Below, in pieces: positions 38,996 through 52,520 of a stretch of 64,000 bases of DNA. The position numbers were made by a program, and so were the translations under genes. The stretch lies in the NCBI GenBank assembly GCA_964016885.1, contig OZ024743.1, forward strand, positions 239,134,001 to 239,198,000, given 5' to 3'. The notes under the pieces were generated by a model that was given only the letters and a program-made list of their open reading frames with translations, made no database searches and was not told where the DNA came from. The DNA is from Eledone cirrhosa. Its lineage: Eukaryota. Each line of letters starts with the position of its first letter. The stretch's first letter is position 1.

Positions 38996-41900
38996 GGCGA
39001 CCTACGTAGTAAATCGTATCATCGTGAGCTCCGCAAAGGTTTGTTATTTTCAGTTATTTAAAATTGCCATTCATGTAAAATTTTTATTGTTAACTCTATA
39101 TAAGTGCACATACATTGATTTCTGAAAAGGACACTCAAAAATATTGGGGCCTTGAGCCCAAAATTTAAACTTTTTATAATTATCAAACAAAAGTTTTTCT
39201 TTGAAAAATAATGGATTACTCAGAGTCACTCCTTCCTCACAATCCAACACCTCACACCGACACCACCATTGTAAATATTGCTACGGTTGCAAACACTGGA
39301 ATTGTAAGCAGTAGCAATATTTTAAATTTGTCTCAGGCAGACGTTCATTTCCCGCCATTAATAATGACTGCAAGTGTTAAAGCCGCCACCACCCCCACCA
39401 CCACCGAGACAACAGAAACAAAAGAAAAAAATAAATTAACTCATGATATCGAAATGAATTCAACCAAAATCAACTCTTCCACACCGAACACCACTGACGC
39501 AACCACCACCACAACTGAAACTAAAATTAACAATAGCAAAAATAACGATAATAACAACAGCAACAATGAAATTAAGAAAACTACCCTGAGTTTTGCCAGA
39601 GTAGCAAAAACGTGCGAAGCGATCCAGGTAACTCAGGAAGAAATAGACGAAGCCAAAGGAATGGTAAAGAAAGATGGGTACAGGGTCAGCCTCACCCCCC
39701 ACCTAATAAAAATGGAGCAACATCGCCTGTGCACCATGTCTTATCGGACAATAAACATAAAATCGTGCCGAGTAGAACGGGCATCTGAGTCCCAAATCCA
39801 AAAAGCTTTGGGACATGTGTGGGAAAAAACCCACATCAGACGTGGGCAGAAGTATGGAACCGTGGACGTGTTCTTTGAAACACCACAGGAGGCCAGAGAA
39901 CACTCCATGGCCCCATTAAGAAGTGACGACTTCACACTCATCCCAAGCTATTGTGGCCAGAGACTTGTGAAGATCAGGGTGACCCACGTTCCACCGGCCA
40001 TCGAAATTCCCTGGCTAATGGCTGCCGTCCTCGCCGGCATCGAGGCCAACACCAAAATGATAGAAATAGCAAAAGAAAAGCAGGATAACTGTCCGGATCT
40101 GGGATGGAGCTCCTGATCCAAGCGGACCAAAAACGCATTGAGGAGATTCCAGAGGTAATAGACCTCACTGACGGCAGCGACCTCGCGGTAATCGTCGAGG
40201 GTAGAAGGCCTAGGTGTGTCGTTTGTGGTGAAGTAACCCACCTAAGGGCTTTCTGCCCTCAGGCTAAAAAGTTGAGGCCACCCCAGTGACTCAACCATCA
40301 ACACCACCACCAGCAAAAATAGCAGCAACAACTGTAGCAGCAACAACAGAAGCAACTGTAACAGCAACAACCCCAGCAACAGTAGCAAAACCAACATCAC
40401 CACCACACAACGCGCCAGAAATAGCACCAGCGCCTACATCATCCACCACGCCACAACCAAAACCAACGCCTGTGGAGGATTTTCCACTCCCCGGCTTATC
40501 GCAACTGGAGACAGATTGCGACGACGAGGAGGGGGAAACGATAACAGGAAAAAAGAAAGAAACCAAAAAAGAAAAAATTCTCTTCCTTCCCCCTCAAAAA
40601 ACAAAATACAGAGGGAAACAAATAAATTATAGAACAAGAAAGTTAAGACAGATATACCACCATCCACACCAGCATCACCAACCCCATCACCACAAACACC
40701 AACACCATCACCATCATTAACCCCAACACCACCATCACCAACACCACAAAAGTCACCAAAAAGCGTAACAGAAACAAACCCACAACAAACGCAAACAAAA
40801 CAAAACAACCAAAACGATACACACTACACAGCATTAAATTTGAACAACAACCAATTATTACACTACATGCAACACAACACCAGCATCACAGAAAAAGACT
40901 ACACAAAAACCCAAAAGTTCACACTACCTCCACACATACAAATCACTCGCATCACACAGAAAACGTATACGACACTAAAACAAAAATTCCCCAAAGACAT
41001 AGGAGACTTCCGACAAACACTCTCCAGGAGGATTTATAAGGACATCCTTCCGGAGGAGGCCACAAGCAGTGAAAAGGATGGACAAACCATCCTTCCTCTA
41101 CGAAAAGTAAGGTAAGTGGTCTTTCCCATCTTTTCCACTCCATTTCAACATGACCTCACTCAGAATAGGCAATATAAATGCGCGTGGCTTGGGGTCGTCA
41201 TGGAAGCAGGGCCACCTGCTCAACGACATCATGTCACTAAACATAGATGTAGTGGCCATCAGCGAGACCAGAATATCCGAAGCACGGGCCTTCGCACCGA
41301 TCTTCGGCGGCTACGATGTGTACGCATCTCCCAGCCGTCCGGGATCGGGGGGAGGAGTTGCTGTGCTGTATCGGAGAGGTTTGGATTTCGCCATACGAGC
41401 CATCTTCTTGGACCCAGAAGGTAAGTTGGTGGTGCTAGACGTGACCAACGGAGACGGGCAAGCTTTCAGGCTAGTGGCCGTCTATGCCCCGACAGGAGCA
41501 GGCGGCCTGATTTCTTCCGGCGTCAGGAGACCTTTTTTGGAACGTCCCGCTCTTTAGTGTTAGTGGGCGACTGGAACGGGATCTTAGATGCACGCTGGGA
41601 CTGTGTGGGATTAGCGGATAAGGGAGGAGGGTGCAAGAGCCTCACCAACCTGCTCAGGCGTTTTGAACTATCTGACATGTACCGATTGGATTTCCCGAAT
41701 GTGCCAATGTGGACTTGGACAAATCGCATAGGGTCATCCAGATCATATCTAGATAGAGTAATTTGTAGAGAAATAGATAGGTCTAGCATAGGCTGTCCAC
41801 AATTCAAGATAGTCAGCTACAGGGACCATAAATTCGTGATCTGTGTGCTTGACTTAGATAGGCTTCATAGACGAGGACCCGTCTACTGGAAGCTAAACGC

Positions 41901-44809
41901 GTCCTTACCAGCGCGCAAGGCCTACAGAGACCGGATTAGCGAACTAGTTAAGCGAGCGTTGACGGGGGCCATCGTCAACAACAAGTGGTGGTTTGCTCTG
42001 AAAAAGCAATTAGAATAGAGTCCATTAGGTTTAGTAAGGCTTTAGCAATAGAGAAAAATAGAGCAGAGGGAGAATTAGTTTGAAAATTAGACGAGGCGCT
42101 TAGCAAAGGCATCGCGACCGACGTACTTGCGGTGAAATTGTCCCTTGACCAATTCTTCAATGCAAAGAACGAAGGCTGCGTTGTCAGAGCTAGGGTGCAT
42201 GCTCTCAGACACGAGGGGACGAAAGCCGTTCAATGGGCCCGAGTGGCGGAGGCGCGTCCTGGCAACAAAGCCACGATCCGGTCTTTGGTGGACCACGAAG
42301 GGCGCATGCTACTCGAATCCGGGCAAATGTGTGAAGCTTTTCTGCGACACTTCGCTAAGTTGTTCGGTGGCAGCGGCGGGCCGGGTCGAGGGATGGATTT
42401 TAGTGTCTACCTCGACGGACTGCCGCAGCTCTCGGCCACTGAGGCGAAGTGTTCGCGTAAAGCCGATAACAGCGGCTGAAGTAAGGGAGGCAATGACTGG
42501 CTGCACAAGGGGTAAATCGCCTGGTTTGGATGGTCTGCCCTATGAACTTTACGTACAGATGCCAGACTTGTTCGGAGGCCTCTTGGCGGACGTCTACTGC
42601 AACTGGCAACAGAACGGGAGAATTCCCAGTTCTGTGAGCCGAGGAGCGGTGGCACTGCTGAGAAAGGATCCGAACAAGGGGGATAACATAGATAATTTCC
42701 GGCCCATAACTCTGCTTAACACAGAGTTCAAGATTTCGGTCAAGGTGCTAGCAAAGAGGTTGGTGCTTGTCGTTGGTGGTCTGGTGGGAGAGGCGCAGAC
42801 ATGCGCCATTCCCGACAGATCCATCCACGACAACCTCCACCTCATGCGATACAACGTAGAGAGGGTAGCTAGGGAACCTGGCACGGGTGGGTCCTTTATC
42901 AATTTAGATCAGTCGAAAGCTTTCGATAGGGTCGACCATCGTTACCTAGCGGCAGTCCTGAGGGCGGCTGGCTTTGGGCCCGTCTTCAGAGGCTGGATCG
43001 CTGTCATGCACAGCGACATCTGCTCTGTGTTGAGAGTGAACGGTCACCTGTCGGAACCGTTCAACATCATGCGCTCGGACCGCCAGTGATGTCCCCTCTC
43101 GTCCCTCTTGTACGTATTGACTCTCGAGCCATTACTGCACACTGGAGTCTTTGAGGGGCATCCCGTGCGAACTAGGATGCGGAAGATCCGTGTCAGCATA
43201 TGCGGACGATGTCACCGTAGTGGTGTCGAACGCCAAACACATCGAGGCGATCGGCAGTACACTAAAAGAATACGAAGCGGTGACAGGAGCAATGATCAAC
43301 CAGGAAAAGTCAGTGGGCTTGCAGCTCGGCACCTGGAGAGGCAGGTCCATGCCGTCCAACAGCGTCGTCGGACGCTGGACGGACGGACCGGTTAAATTGC
43401 TAGGGGTCTGGTTCGGTCCGGATCTCCAGACAGATAAAAACTGGGACGAGGTGACGAGCAGGGTGGCTTCTCTCACCCAGAAATGGGCGGAGAGGAAGCT
43501 ATCCCTGAAAGTTCGAGCGGAGGTGGCTAACGCGTACATCGCGTCCGTCACCTGCTACCGCCTGACCATCGTACCTTGTCCTAAGCCTCGCCTGACTGCG
43601 CTGGAGCGTTTGCTCTTTCGCTTTTTGTGGAAGGGACGCGCTCCGATGGTCAGACGGTCCATCTGTTGTCAACACCCGCTACGTGGAGGGCTGGGCATGC
43701 CGTGGCTGATGATGCGCAAGCACGCGCTCCGGCTACGACATCTCCACCTCTTCCTCGACGGTGATCAGGTGTGGTCGCCGTTTGCTAGACACGTATTTCC
43801 CCAGCTTGTTTCCTTGACGGAGCTGCAGTCCTGGGTCAAGCGAAGACCGAGAGGGAGCGCCTGGAGACTGGAATGTCTTCAGGCGCTCACAGCCCTCGAC
43901 CAATCGGGCAATGTGATCGGTGGAAACTCCACCTCGGCGTTCTATAGAGGATTAGTGGAGGGGAAGAGCGACGACGTACTTGGGGAAAATCTAGGTGTCG
44001 ACGAAATTCAACTAGCCAATCTCTTCGGAAGAACTTTCGGGCCAGGGCCTATGGACAACTTCCAGAAATCTCTGGTCTGGCAGTGCTACCGAGGAGCCTT
44101 GCCAGTTCGGGATAAACTCTACAGGCATGGAGGTGCCGTCAGCCGGGCATGTCCGAGATGCGCGCAGGACGACGAAACCGTCCTGCACGCACTCGTCCAG
44201 TGTCCGAATATTGCTGACTTGTGGGTTTATGTCGAACACCTGCTGTCGCGTGTAGGACGGATCCGGCTATCATCTGAGTCCATCGTGAGGATTGCCCCGC
44301 CCTCCTCCTTTAGCCGGGGAAGGTAGGCTGTTTTTATCTGTCTGGTGGCCATGGCGAAAGAGATAGTATGGTGGACACGTTTGAAAGGGCTGAAGACGAG
44401 CACTTACCTCTTCCGTGATGCTCTGATTGCCTTTTTCAAATTTCATTTGAAAAGGAAAATCAGAGTTGAGAGTGAAGTGCTCTCTTCCCAGCATTTTGTT
44501 GAAAGATGGGTGAGAGAAGCAAGTATGGCCCGAATGAATGGGCCTTCTCTGAGTGTGTGTCTGTAAATTAAAGGTGGAAAACTGGGAGAGGGCACTTGCC
44601 CTGGTGGTCAGGGCCACTGTGGTCTTTTAATGGGCTTTCTCCACAAATGTCCCTCGGAAGTCTCCCCGCTATTGGGGAATTTTTCTTTGTTATTTTATTT
44701 CAACCTCCGTTTTTTTTACACGCAGAAATGCCCATTTGTACCGTCCTGTATTGTCCTGTACTGTCCTTAATGTCTACTTTATGTAAACCCTTGTGGTTAA
44801 TAAAGAAAA

Positions 44810-44810
<1 letters not shown>
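38996..44810 (+). mobile_element. Near-full-length Tx1/L1-clade LINE, disrupted (copy A)
   Basis: ORF1 pieces at 39211-41115 with CVVCGEVTHLRAFC. ORF2 from 41150 has APE (NARGL, ISETR, GDWN, YLDRV, DHK), RT (GKSPGLDG, KAFDRVDH, YADD) and a C-terminal CPRC..H..C. It is bounded by (ATT)n at 38950-38995 and 44811-44872. Confidence 0.92.
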
Positions 44811-44872
<62 letters not shown>

Positions 44873-44873
<1 letters not shown>

Positions 44874-45930
44874 GTTGCATTTATCTTGCTTTATGTTCAT
44901 ACGAGTTATCAGCAAGTCACAACCAGTGACCTCAAGAGACAACAAGGTCCGCCATGTTCAAGAAAGAACATACATACACACACATGCATCTTTAGGTGTT
45001 TAGACTTGTAATGTACTTATATTGACATAATCTTCCTTAGTATATGGGCAGTTCCCATTAGTACTATCTTTTGTATTCCTTCTATACGCGGGTTTCAAAG
45101 GATTTGCGATAAGTAATCATTAGACCCCTTAGGTATCATTCCTAGAGCGCCTACAACCACTGGTATTGTTTTAGTTCTCAATTTCCACATATTTCCAATT
45201 TCTATCTCCAGGTCCTTATACTTGTTCAATTTTTCAAATGTTTTTATAGATACATTCTTGTCTATTGGAACGGACATATCAATTAGCAGGCATAGCCTCT
45301 TTTTAAAGTCCTTCAGTATTATATCAGGTCTATTTGCATCTATTTTTCGGTCTGTTTGGATGCTAATGTTCCATAAGATTGAGATGTGATCTTTTTCAAG
45401 TATGGGAGGTGGTTGATGCTCCCACCAATTCTTTTGATGGCTCAGGTCAAAAATGCTTACACATTATCCAATGTATGTATTGTGCAGCTCTGTTATGCTT
45501 GTTTAGGTATTCGGTTGGAGCTATAGGACTGCACAATGAAATTATATGATCAATGGTCTCTGGTTGTTTTTTTACATACACGGCATAATGGGTTGCATCC
45601 ATTTTTTATTATGTTGGCTTGGTAATTTTTTTGTTGTGTTGATATAATCAGTCCTTCAGTCTCCGATTTCAGTCCAGAGGATGCCAACCACTGATGGGTT
45701 AAAGTTTTGTCAACATCAGGATTGTTAGCTCTTTCTGGGCATTTTCCATACAGAGGATTTTCTTGCCATTTCTTAGCCAGTTTCTGTAGCAGCTATTTCT
45801 TTGCAGTTACTTTTACCTGCTTTGCTTTTTCTGTGTTTTCCATTTCAGCAGTAAATGGGACTTCTGAAATTTGTAGTCCATTACTGTATCTTTTTGCATC
45901 TTTTGTAATGGAGTATTATATGTTGATGCA
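44873..45930 (-). mobile_element. Decayed R4/Dong-like 3' fragment
   Basis: Motifs ETIDHII, NRPDIILKD..LLIDMSVP, FEKLNKYKDLEIEI..WKL and IPVVVGALG. Its 3' end faces the same (ATT)n tract. Confidence 0.8.
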
Positions 45931-46574
45931 TATGTAGTAGACAGTCAGGACTCGATACAAGTAAGTAGGATCGAAATCAAGGTTGCAACATAATTGAACT
46001 TTATTGCATATGACAATTGTTCCGATATAAATCAGCTCAGGTTTCGATCATAATATTTGGAACCCGATTGGCACCGATATCTCATCCATCTGATATGCGT
46101 TCACACACATATAAATATAGTTAAATAGAGATATGTGTGTGTGCGTCTGTGAGTGAATATACTTTAAAAATATAACTAGTTGCGTCCCTTATTTTAGAAG
46201 AAAAAACAAACAAAAAAGCAAGAGACAAACAACAAATTGCGCAGGATATAACTCAATACGGCATATAGGAGCATGTGACACAAAACAAATCCAATACCAA
46301 CACAACAAAATGAAACTTTGAAAAGCTAGTAAGAGCGAAATCGGTTAGTGCAACAAATAATTATGTAATCATAATTATTTCTGAAAATCTACATATACGT
46401 AAAACAATTATGAACTATAATTTATTTTGTATGAACTAAATTCTTTTCGTTGTGTATTGTAAGTCTGCATGCATATAAACAGTTCATAGTCTGTCCAAAA
46501 TATTCTCATGGAATGATCAAATGAGGTTTATTTTTTACATAACCCCTTGGGAAAAAAACAATGAGGTAATTAAT

Positions 46575-46770
46575 ATTGGTTTCAACAATTTTGGGGAAGC
46601 GAAAGTCGATTAAATCGACCCTTGTGCGTTATTGCTATTTTATTTTATCGACCCCGTAAGGGTGCAAGGCAAAACTAACCTCAGCGGAATTTGAACTCAG
46701 AAAGTAAAGGGTCATAACTCTATGCCACGAAGCAAGGTGTCCGACACTCTACCGATACAGCTAATCCACC
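46575..46770 (-). mobile_element. tRNA-derived SINE
   Basis: ttttatcgaccccgtaagg..atttgaactcag. Confidence 0.8.
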
Positions 46771-46881
46771 AAGTGTTGAAAGTAATGCATGATTCCACAG
46801 CTCTATCAACAATCCATCATAATCAGTCTGTGAACATTTCCGCCGACTCACGTATTTATATTATGCATTAAATATGTACAT

Positions 46882-46934
<53 letters not shown>

Positions 46935-47129
46935 TTTAATATAGAAATGACTTCTACAAGAATAGAACAGTTTCAGAGTTTTCCTGATGATTTTCTTCAA
47001 ATGAAACACCTCTAGTCTTGTAGAAGCCATTTCTATATTAAATGTTGTATATATTCTACTAACGTATTGATTACCTTACTAACTGTGGTTACCCCCGATT
47101 GAACCCGGGACTCACGTATATATATCTAT

Positions 47130-47737
47130 ATTGTGGCTGCCAACTCGTTTTCGAGTACGGCCACTACTTTATATCCATGTAGGAGAACCCCTACCGATGC
47201 GCTGAACGAGTATGACTTTTTAGTCCAGCCAACAACTTGAAAACTCTGGTACAAACACTCACTTGTGACAGTTATTGACACATAGTGCTCGGCCATTGGT
47301 ACCATGTGACGACAAGTGCAGAGAGATCTCCAGATATAAAGCAATGCCTGTGCCGTGAAGCTTTTATAGTGAGCAAAGGAATTGCACAAAGCCAGTCCCA
47401 CTCTCTTAACCATGATGATATTTACCAAAAAGAAGAACAAGTCAACATCATTGGATACCATCAGAGTTGCAGGTGTTATATCAGAGTTTTCCTTCTCCTA
47501 GAATTCTGCCTTGACAAAGGCTAAGGGGTCATCTCTCCCGGTGATTTTGGATGGCCATTGACTCTTAAGAGCTCCTTTCCCCTTTGACAGGTTTTATTTT
47601 TAGTCCTGCAAGATGTCCAAAGTCACCCTCCTCACCAAGAAACCTTGGTGGGTTGCCAGTTTAGTCGCCAACGACCCGACCATGGGACAGGTTGTACTGG
47701 AATACATGTTACCAGTAGCACCAACTGGTGACCTGAC
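47130..47737 (-). mobile_element. Possible LINE (RTE-like) 5' UTR/APE relic
   Basis: A GC-richer block between (TA)n tracts with only weak motif resemblance. Confidence 0.3.
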
Positions 47738-47757
47738 ATATATATATATATATATAT

Positions 47758-48645
47758 TTATAGAAGTGGATGGATACTTCAACAGGTACAATGTACTTGT
47801 AGAAATATTCAAGTTGTTTATAATACATGTGGTTCAATGGCACTAATTCGAGATACCAGAACAATATAAAAGTAGCGAAACAAACGGTTATTAAACAATT
47901 TTCTAAATAAATTAAAAAAATGATTAAATAATCACCTGTTCAGATGCTGTTACCGAGGGTTTCATCATTCCGAAAGATTGGAAATCCAACGAATTTCCAA
48001 TGGAAAGAAATGAATCTTCAGACAGCCCTATTTCCACGCTATAAGGTATCTAGCCTAATAGCAAGTAAATATTATGCTCCCTGCCCAACGCATGCGGTCA
48101 AGCCGTTAAAATGACACACACGCAAATCAGGTCGCTGATAAAAGCTGGATATTATAAACATGTCGAATTGCCACTAAAATTAGCAGCATTATTCAACGTT
48201 TTGTTCTCTACATAAGGAGAATAAATTATAGAAGTGGATGGATACTTCAACAGGTACAATGTACTTGTAGAAATATTCAAGTTGTTTATAATACATGCGG
48301 TTCAATGGCACTAATTCGAGATACCAGAACAATATAAATGTAGCGAATTCGACATGTTTATAATATCCAGCTTTTATCAGCGACCTGATTTGCGTGTGTG
48401 TTACTTTAACGGCTTGACCGCATGCGTTGGGCAGGGAGCATAATATTTACTTGCTATTAGGCTAGATACCTTATAGCGTGGAAATAGGGCTGTCTGAAGA
48501 TTCATTTCTTTCCATTGGAAATTCGTTGGATTTCCAATCTTTCGGAATGATGAAACCGTCGGTAACAGCATCTGAACAGGTGATTATTTAATCATTTTTT
48601 AATGTATTTAGAAAATTGTTTAATAACCGTTTGTTTCGCTACTTT
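47758..48645. mobile_element. Non-coding HHR element: ~1.26 copies of a 468-nt unit (minus) plus an inverted partial copy (plus)
   Basis: 47758-47879 repeats directly at 48226-48347. 47871-48168 is inverted at ~48346-48643. HHRs lie at 47946-48026 (-) and 48489-48569 (+): gctgt CTGAAGA..long stem II..GAAA ccgtc GGTA acagc. Confidence 0.85.
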
Positions 48646-48756
48646 TATATATATATATATATATATATACATACATATATACATACATACATACATACAT
48701 ACATACATACACACATACACACATACACACATATATATATGTATATATATATATAC

Positions 48757-48825
<69 letters not shown>

Positions 48826-49971
48826 TACATATATATGTATATATACGCACACTCACGCACACAAACACGCACATACATATATATATATGTATTTTTATTT
48901 TTATTTATATATGTATTTGTCTTATGTGTCTCATGAAGTCTGTAAATTAATGAATTTGTGAATTTGTGTAAGTGTAAAGAACCTCATACAACATACCCCT
49001 CAGCTACACTATTTAGTTTTAATATATGACAATAAAAAGAAAATTCGTATTTTTCACTAATGCAACACTAGATAGCATTGCTAGTGCATTATAAGGGAGA
49101 AATGTGCTAAATATCTGACAAATACAGGAATTGTCAGTAATTATGCCAAAATAAAGAATAAAAATTGATCTCTTCGAAGTTAGTTACATTTGCGTAGGCA
49201 GACTTTTAGAAGATATTTTAGCAATAGACTATTGACAGAAAAGATCTGAAGTGGGAATATGAAGCTTAAGAAATAAAGAATCATGTGTCGTGATAAAAAA
49301 AGTTCCCAAAATAAAGAAGATAGTATGTGTGATCGGTGCTCTTGGGTTGACAATCAACTGAACATGAATGATACATGTCTCAAAGTCTCAATGCTACTAA
49401 TAAACACTTGGTGACGTCACAAATCGAACACGTAAACCGCTTGAGACATAGAAAGCATTTTCTTTTATTAATGTGTTAAAATTCATATAAAAGCAAGTAC
49501 ATGCATCGATCACCCATGGTAGCGTGAGTTATATGAAATAGCTGTATTGTAGTCTGAAAACGCAAGAGTGAAAGAAAACTACAAAAGCGAACGCATTCCG
49601 CACTGATTCGATAACGGTGAAAAATTTGTATCTGTGATATATGGTATCTGAATGTATGGTTTACACACACACACAGACACAGACACACACACACACATAT
49701 ATATATATATAAATGTATATATATATATATATTAGACTACTGGCCAAGTGGTAGGTGCTAGAGACAGTGGAGATTCTGGTCTGGGGTTCATTATCGATCA
49801 GGATCTATACTAATTCATAATATATACAAATATAATGTCTTTATACATGTATATGTATATAATCTTATATATCTATTATTTGTATATGTATTATGTATCA
49901 TATATATATGTGAGTAAATGTTTGATAACAGTAAATGTAGATAGCAGGACAGGCACACATAAATATATATA

Positions 49972-50580
49972 TACGAGGTTGACATAAAATCTTTTTCAGA
50001 TTTTCACTAATGAAATTTGGTAACTTGTATCTCTATGATATCTCATTTATTTTATACAACTTGTCCAATCGTTGCTGAATTCTTTATTCTTTTACTTTTT
50101 GAATCTAACCCAGTAAAATTGTATAAGCGTGGAATTGAGTTTCTGACACAAAGATGGCAACAAATAATTGTTTCTAGATTAGGCACAACGCCAGCAATTA
50201 CCCAGTGCATTACTGGTACTTTATTTTATCGACCCCGTAAGGATGAAAGGCAAAGTCAACCTCGGCGGGATTTGAACTCAGATCGTAAAGGGACGTAAGT
50301 ATGCTGGAAAGCATGGCGTCCGACCCTCTACCGATACTGCCAAATGGTTTCTTATATAGGCACTAGGCTAGCCATGTGGTGGGAGGGGAAAGTCGATTAA
50401 TTCGACTCCAGTGTGTGACTGGTACTTTATTTTATCGACCCCGTAAGGATGTAAGGCAAAGTTTACCTCGGCGGGATTTGAACTCAGATCATAAAGGGCC
50501 ATAACTCTATGCTGCGATGGCAACAAATAATAAAATTTGATGGGACATGTTTTGATCAATAAACGTTTTTTCTATGTTAT
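49972..50580 (+). mobile_element. Mariner relic interrupted by a SINE dimer
   Basis: TA-CGAGG start. FESNPVKLYKRGIEFLTQRWQQII resumes as RWQQIIKFDGTCFDQ after 50515. Confidence 0.7.
50169..50515 (-). mobile_element. Two SINE units inside one 16-bp TSD
   Basis: gatggcaacaaataat at 50153-50168 and 50516-50531. Confidence 0.85.
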
Positions 50581-51507
50581 TTTTTCTTTTTAATCGAACA
50601 TCCAATACGGAATCATCGTTAATTATGTGAACGACATATAAACTATATATTACGTTTCCTGAATGCGAAAATGGTGGTGTATACAAAAACCATAACATTA
50701 TTTTGCTTCTCATTTATACTATTTTTCTACACACAAGCTTCTTTATCATATACAAAAAATACCTTACCTCTACAACCTCCATAATACTCTTGATTACCCG
50801 CTTAAAGTGCTTGTATTAAATGTAACACCCTGCCGCACAACTATCATATATAAATAAGACACACGTGCATGCCCCACGTGTAACTAATGCATACAATAAC
50901 TACTACAACTGACTAACAAACTATCCTCTTGCATTATCTACGTTAACTGCCGATTGTATTTTAATTTTGCATTGAGGTATTTTAATTTTTATTGTGCTTT
51001 GATTCTGTTTTAATGTGATTTTGTTTTTGAACTTAAATTGCCATTCAGAAATAATATAATATATGTCACCCCACTGTACATCAATATATACATATGTATC
51101 TGTATGTCTCTTGCCTTGGAAAGGAGGTCAATCATGTGTACAAACATTGAAAAATGCTCCGAACACTCCAAGCCTCGGTTTGGATGAAACAATTGTAAGC
51201 GAATAAATGGTTTGAACATAGCTTTGATTCCTGTGTATTCTATATAACTGCTCTGTAGAACAACTGATGTTATTACATTGAGCTATTTATCTTACTGGTA
51301 ATAAGGTAGTAATAAATTACTGACTTTCACTGTTTAGGGTTTAAAATAGATATAACTATAAAAGGTTTTAGTATATACATAACCATAAATAATATCCTTA
51401 ATACTATATATATTTATATATATATACGTTGGTCATTCACTCAATTTATTGATTACTGGAAGTGGCAAAAATAGAAAACTTGACGCTACTACTAAAGTAC
51501 CTGTATT

Positions 51508-51695
51508 TGCTATTCTGAGTTCAAATTCTGCCGAGGTTAACTTTGCCTTTCATCCTTACGGGGTCGATAAAATAAAGTACCAGTAATACACTGGATAATT
51601 GTTGGCCTTGTGCCAAAAGTAGAAACAATTATATATATATATATTTGTTTCTACTTTTGGCACAAGGCTAGTAATTACCATTGTATTACTGGTAC
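51508..51695. mobile_element. SINE (+, 51508-51630) and a tail-to-tail SINE 3' fragment (-, 51645-51695)
   Basis: ctgagttcaaattc..ggggtcgataaaataaagtacc..gtagaaac, then the reverse tail after (TA)n. Confidence 0.8.
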
Positions 51696-51731
51696 GTCGT
51701 GGTGTCTGTATTATATATGGATATATATATT

Positions 51732-51784
<53 letters not shown>

Positions 51785-52332
51785 ATATATACATATATAT
51801 ATATATACATGTATATATACAAATAAGGCTCATATTTGACTAGAATGAAGATCATATTACTGTACCTTAAAATAAAGGAATCCTATACGCGTATCATCCT
51901 AGGAGCGAAATTCATTGTTAAGGAATCTAAATACCTGGGGCATAACACAAATTTCGCTTCAACTTCAGTTTCACAGGCTAAAAGCATAGAAACTATCTAT
52001 CTCAATTATAAAGTCGACTTCTACCAGAAACTTGCCTGATCGCCGGAGAGGGTTTTCTGTTCCAAAAATTAAGAGAGACAACATATATCTACCTGTTGTC
52101 GGACCCTATACAAGCCCGAAATATAAACCAATATGGTGCACAATAATGTACGCGTGCGGAAAATTTTGTATAAAACAGACTAGGTGTCAAGAAAATATTT
52201 TTACTAGAAACAGCAGTCAATTTAAAAACGCCTATCAGCTCAACAATTATAGGAGTATCAATTTTTTAGATTAATATTTGTGATGTAATGTATATTACTG
52301 ACTAATTTTTATTATATATATATAAATCATTT

Positions 52333-52520
52333 GGATTGGCAGTATCGGTATCGGTAGAGGGTTGGCAGTATCGGTTGACGCATCGAGTTACGACCCTTGC
52401 CATTCTGAGTTCAAATCCCCTCGAGGTTAACTTTGCTTTTCATCCTTACGGGGTCGATAAAATAAAGTACCAGTAATGCGCTGGGGTAATTCTGGCCTTG
52501 TTCCAAACGTAGAAACAATT
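52333..52520 (+). mobile_element. tRNA-derived SINE
   Basis: ggattggcagtatcggta..ctgagttcaaatccc..gtagaaacaatt. Confidence 0.85.

Noticed and set aside
47085-47115. B-box-like tRNA fragment (also at ~55430-55455)
   Set aside because: No cloverleaf forms. These are likely SINE head debris.
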